Shown here piece after piece: positions 63,486-64,000 of a stretch of DNA of 64,000 nucleotides. The number at the start of each line of letters is the position of its first letter. Within the stretch, counting starts at the first letter, position 1. Source of the DNA: Mizuhopecten yessoensis (Eukaryota). The stretch lies in the NCBI RefSeq assembly GCF_002113885.1, contig NW_018407599.1, forward strand, positions 4,157 to 68,156. Reading direction: 5' to 3'. The notes under the pieces were generated by a model. The model did no database searches, was not told where the DNA came from, and worked only from the letters and a program-made list of their open reading frames with translations. Both the position numbers and the translations under genes were made by a program.

Positions 63486-64000
63486 GCAATGTCATTGAAA
63501 ATGTTTTCTTCGGCTTACGCTGGCCGAGGTTTATTGTATTTAAATATTACTGTTATATCTTATAATGTTAATATTTTTTTCTAATGCATATTAAGTGTTC
63601 CGTGTTTTTTGTCTCGATAAATAAGCGGATTGCTCCAGAAATTTGGCAATCTTATACCTTTGTTACATATAAGTATATAGTACCGATAGGGACATATCTA
63701 CAGTGGTGAATTCAACTCAGGTCAATTTTGTTTTCAAAGGCTAGAGGACAAATTGACCTGGGTAACCCGTTACGGTATTGGTCCACATTAGCTTTTAATG
63801 GATATTTTTATGGTCAACCTCGTTGCATGATGACTTTCCAACAGATATACGTAAGTGTTGAGGTTCAGGAGCCCGGATGTAGCATTCGATAACGTTCAAA
63901 CAAAACTTGAATATATAGTGATTCAGTAGTTCACGGCTATAATTAAAATACCTTCTAGACATGGATGATGTGTTGGAAACCTCGACATACTTTAATCACG

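Overview
Repeat-rich eukaryotic (metazoan) DNA, most likely a bivalve mollusc or scallop. That is inferred from the SINE type, TTAGGG repeats and minisatellite density, not proven. About half the window is 20+ unrelated tandem-repeat arrays (20-65 bp monomers), which produce almost all the long ORFs in the ORF track. The centrepiece is a complete, very young Ty3/Gypsy LTR retrotransposon (33475-40384). It has 176-bp LTRs differing at one base, a CTAT target-site duplication, a tRNA-Leu primer-binding site, a PPT and an intact single gag-pol ORF. It also carries an extra ORF upstream of gag encoding an SGNH/GDSL-type hydrolase (SDS / G / GTCD / DGLHP), which overlaps the gag-pol ATG and has no in-frame ATG. 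Other content: a decayed L1/Tx1-type LINE with a satellite grown from its RT sequence and a duplication/inversion scar, and a probable first coding exon of a host gene (8598-9027). There are also SINE fragments, a long hairpin element, a 27-bp satellite expanded inside an inverted-repeat element with a Penelope-type hammerhead-like motif, and three assembly gaps.
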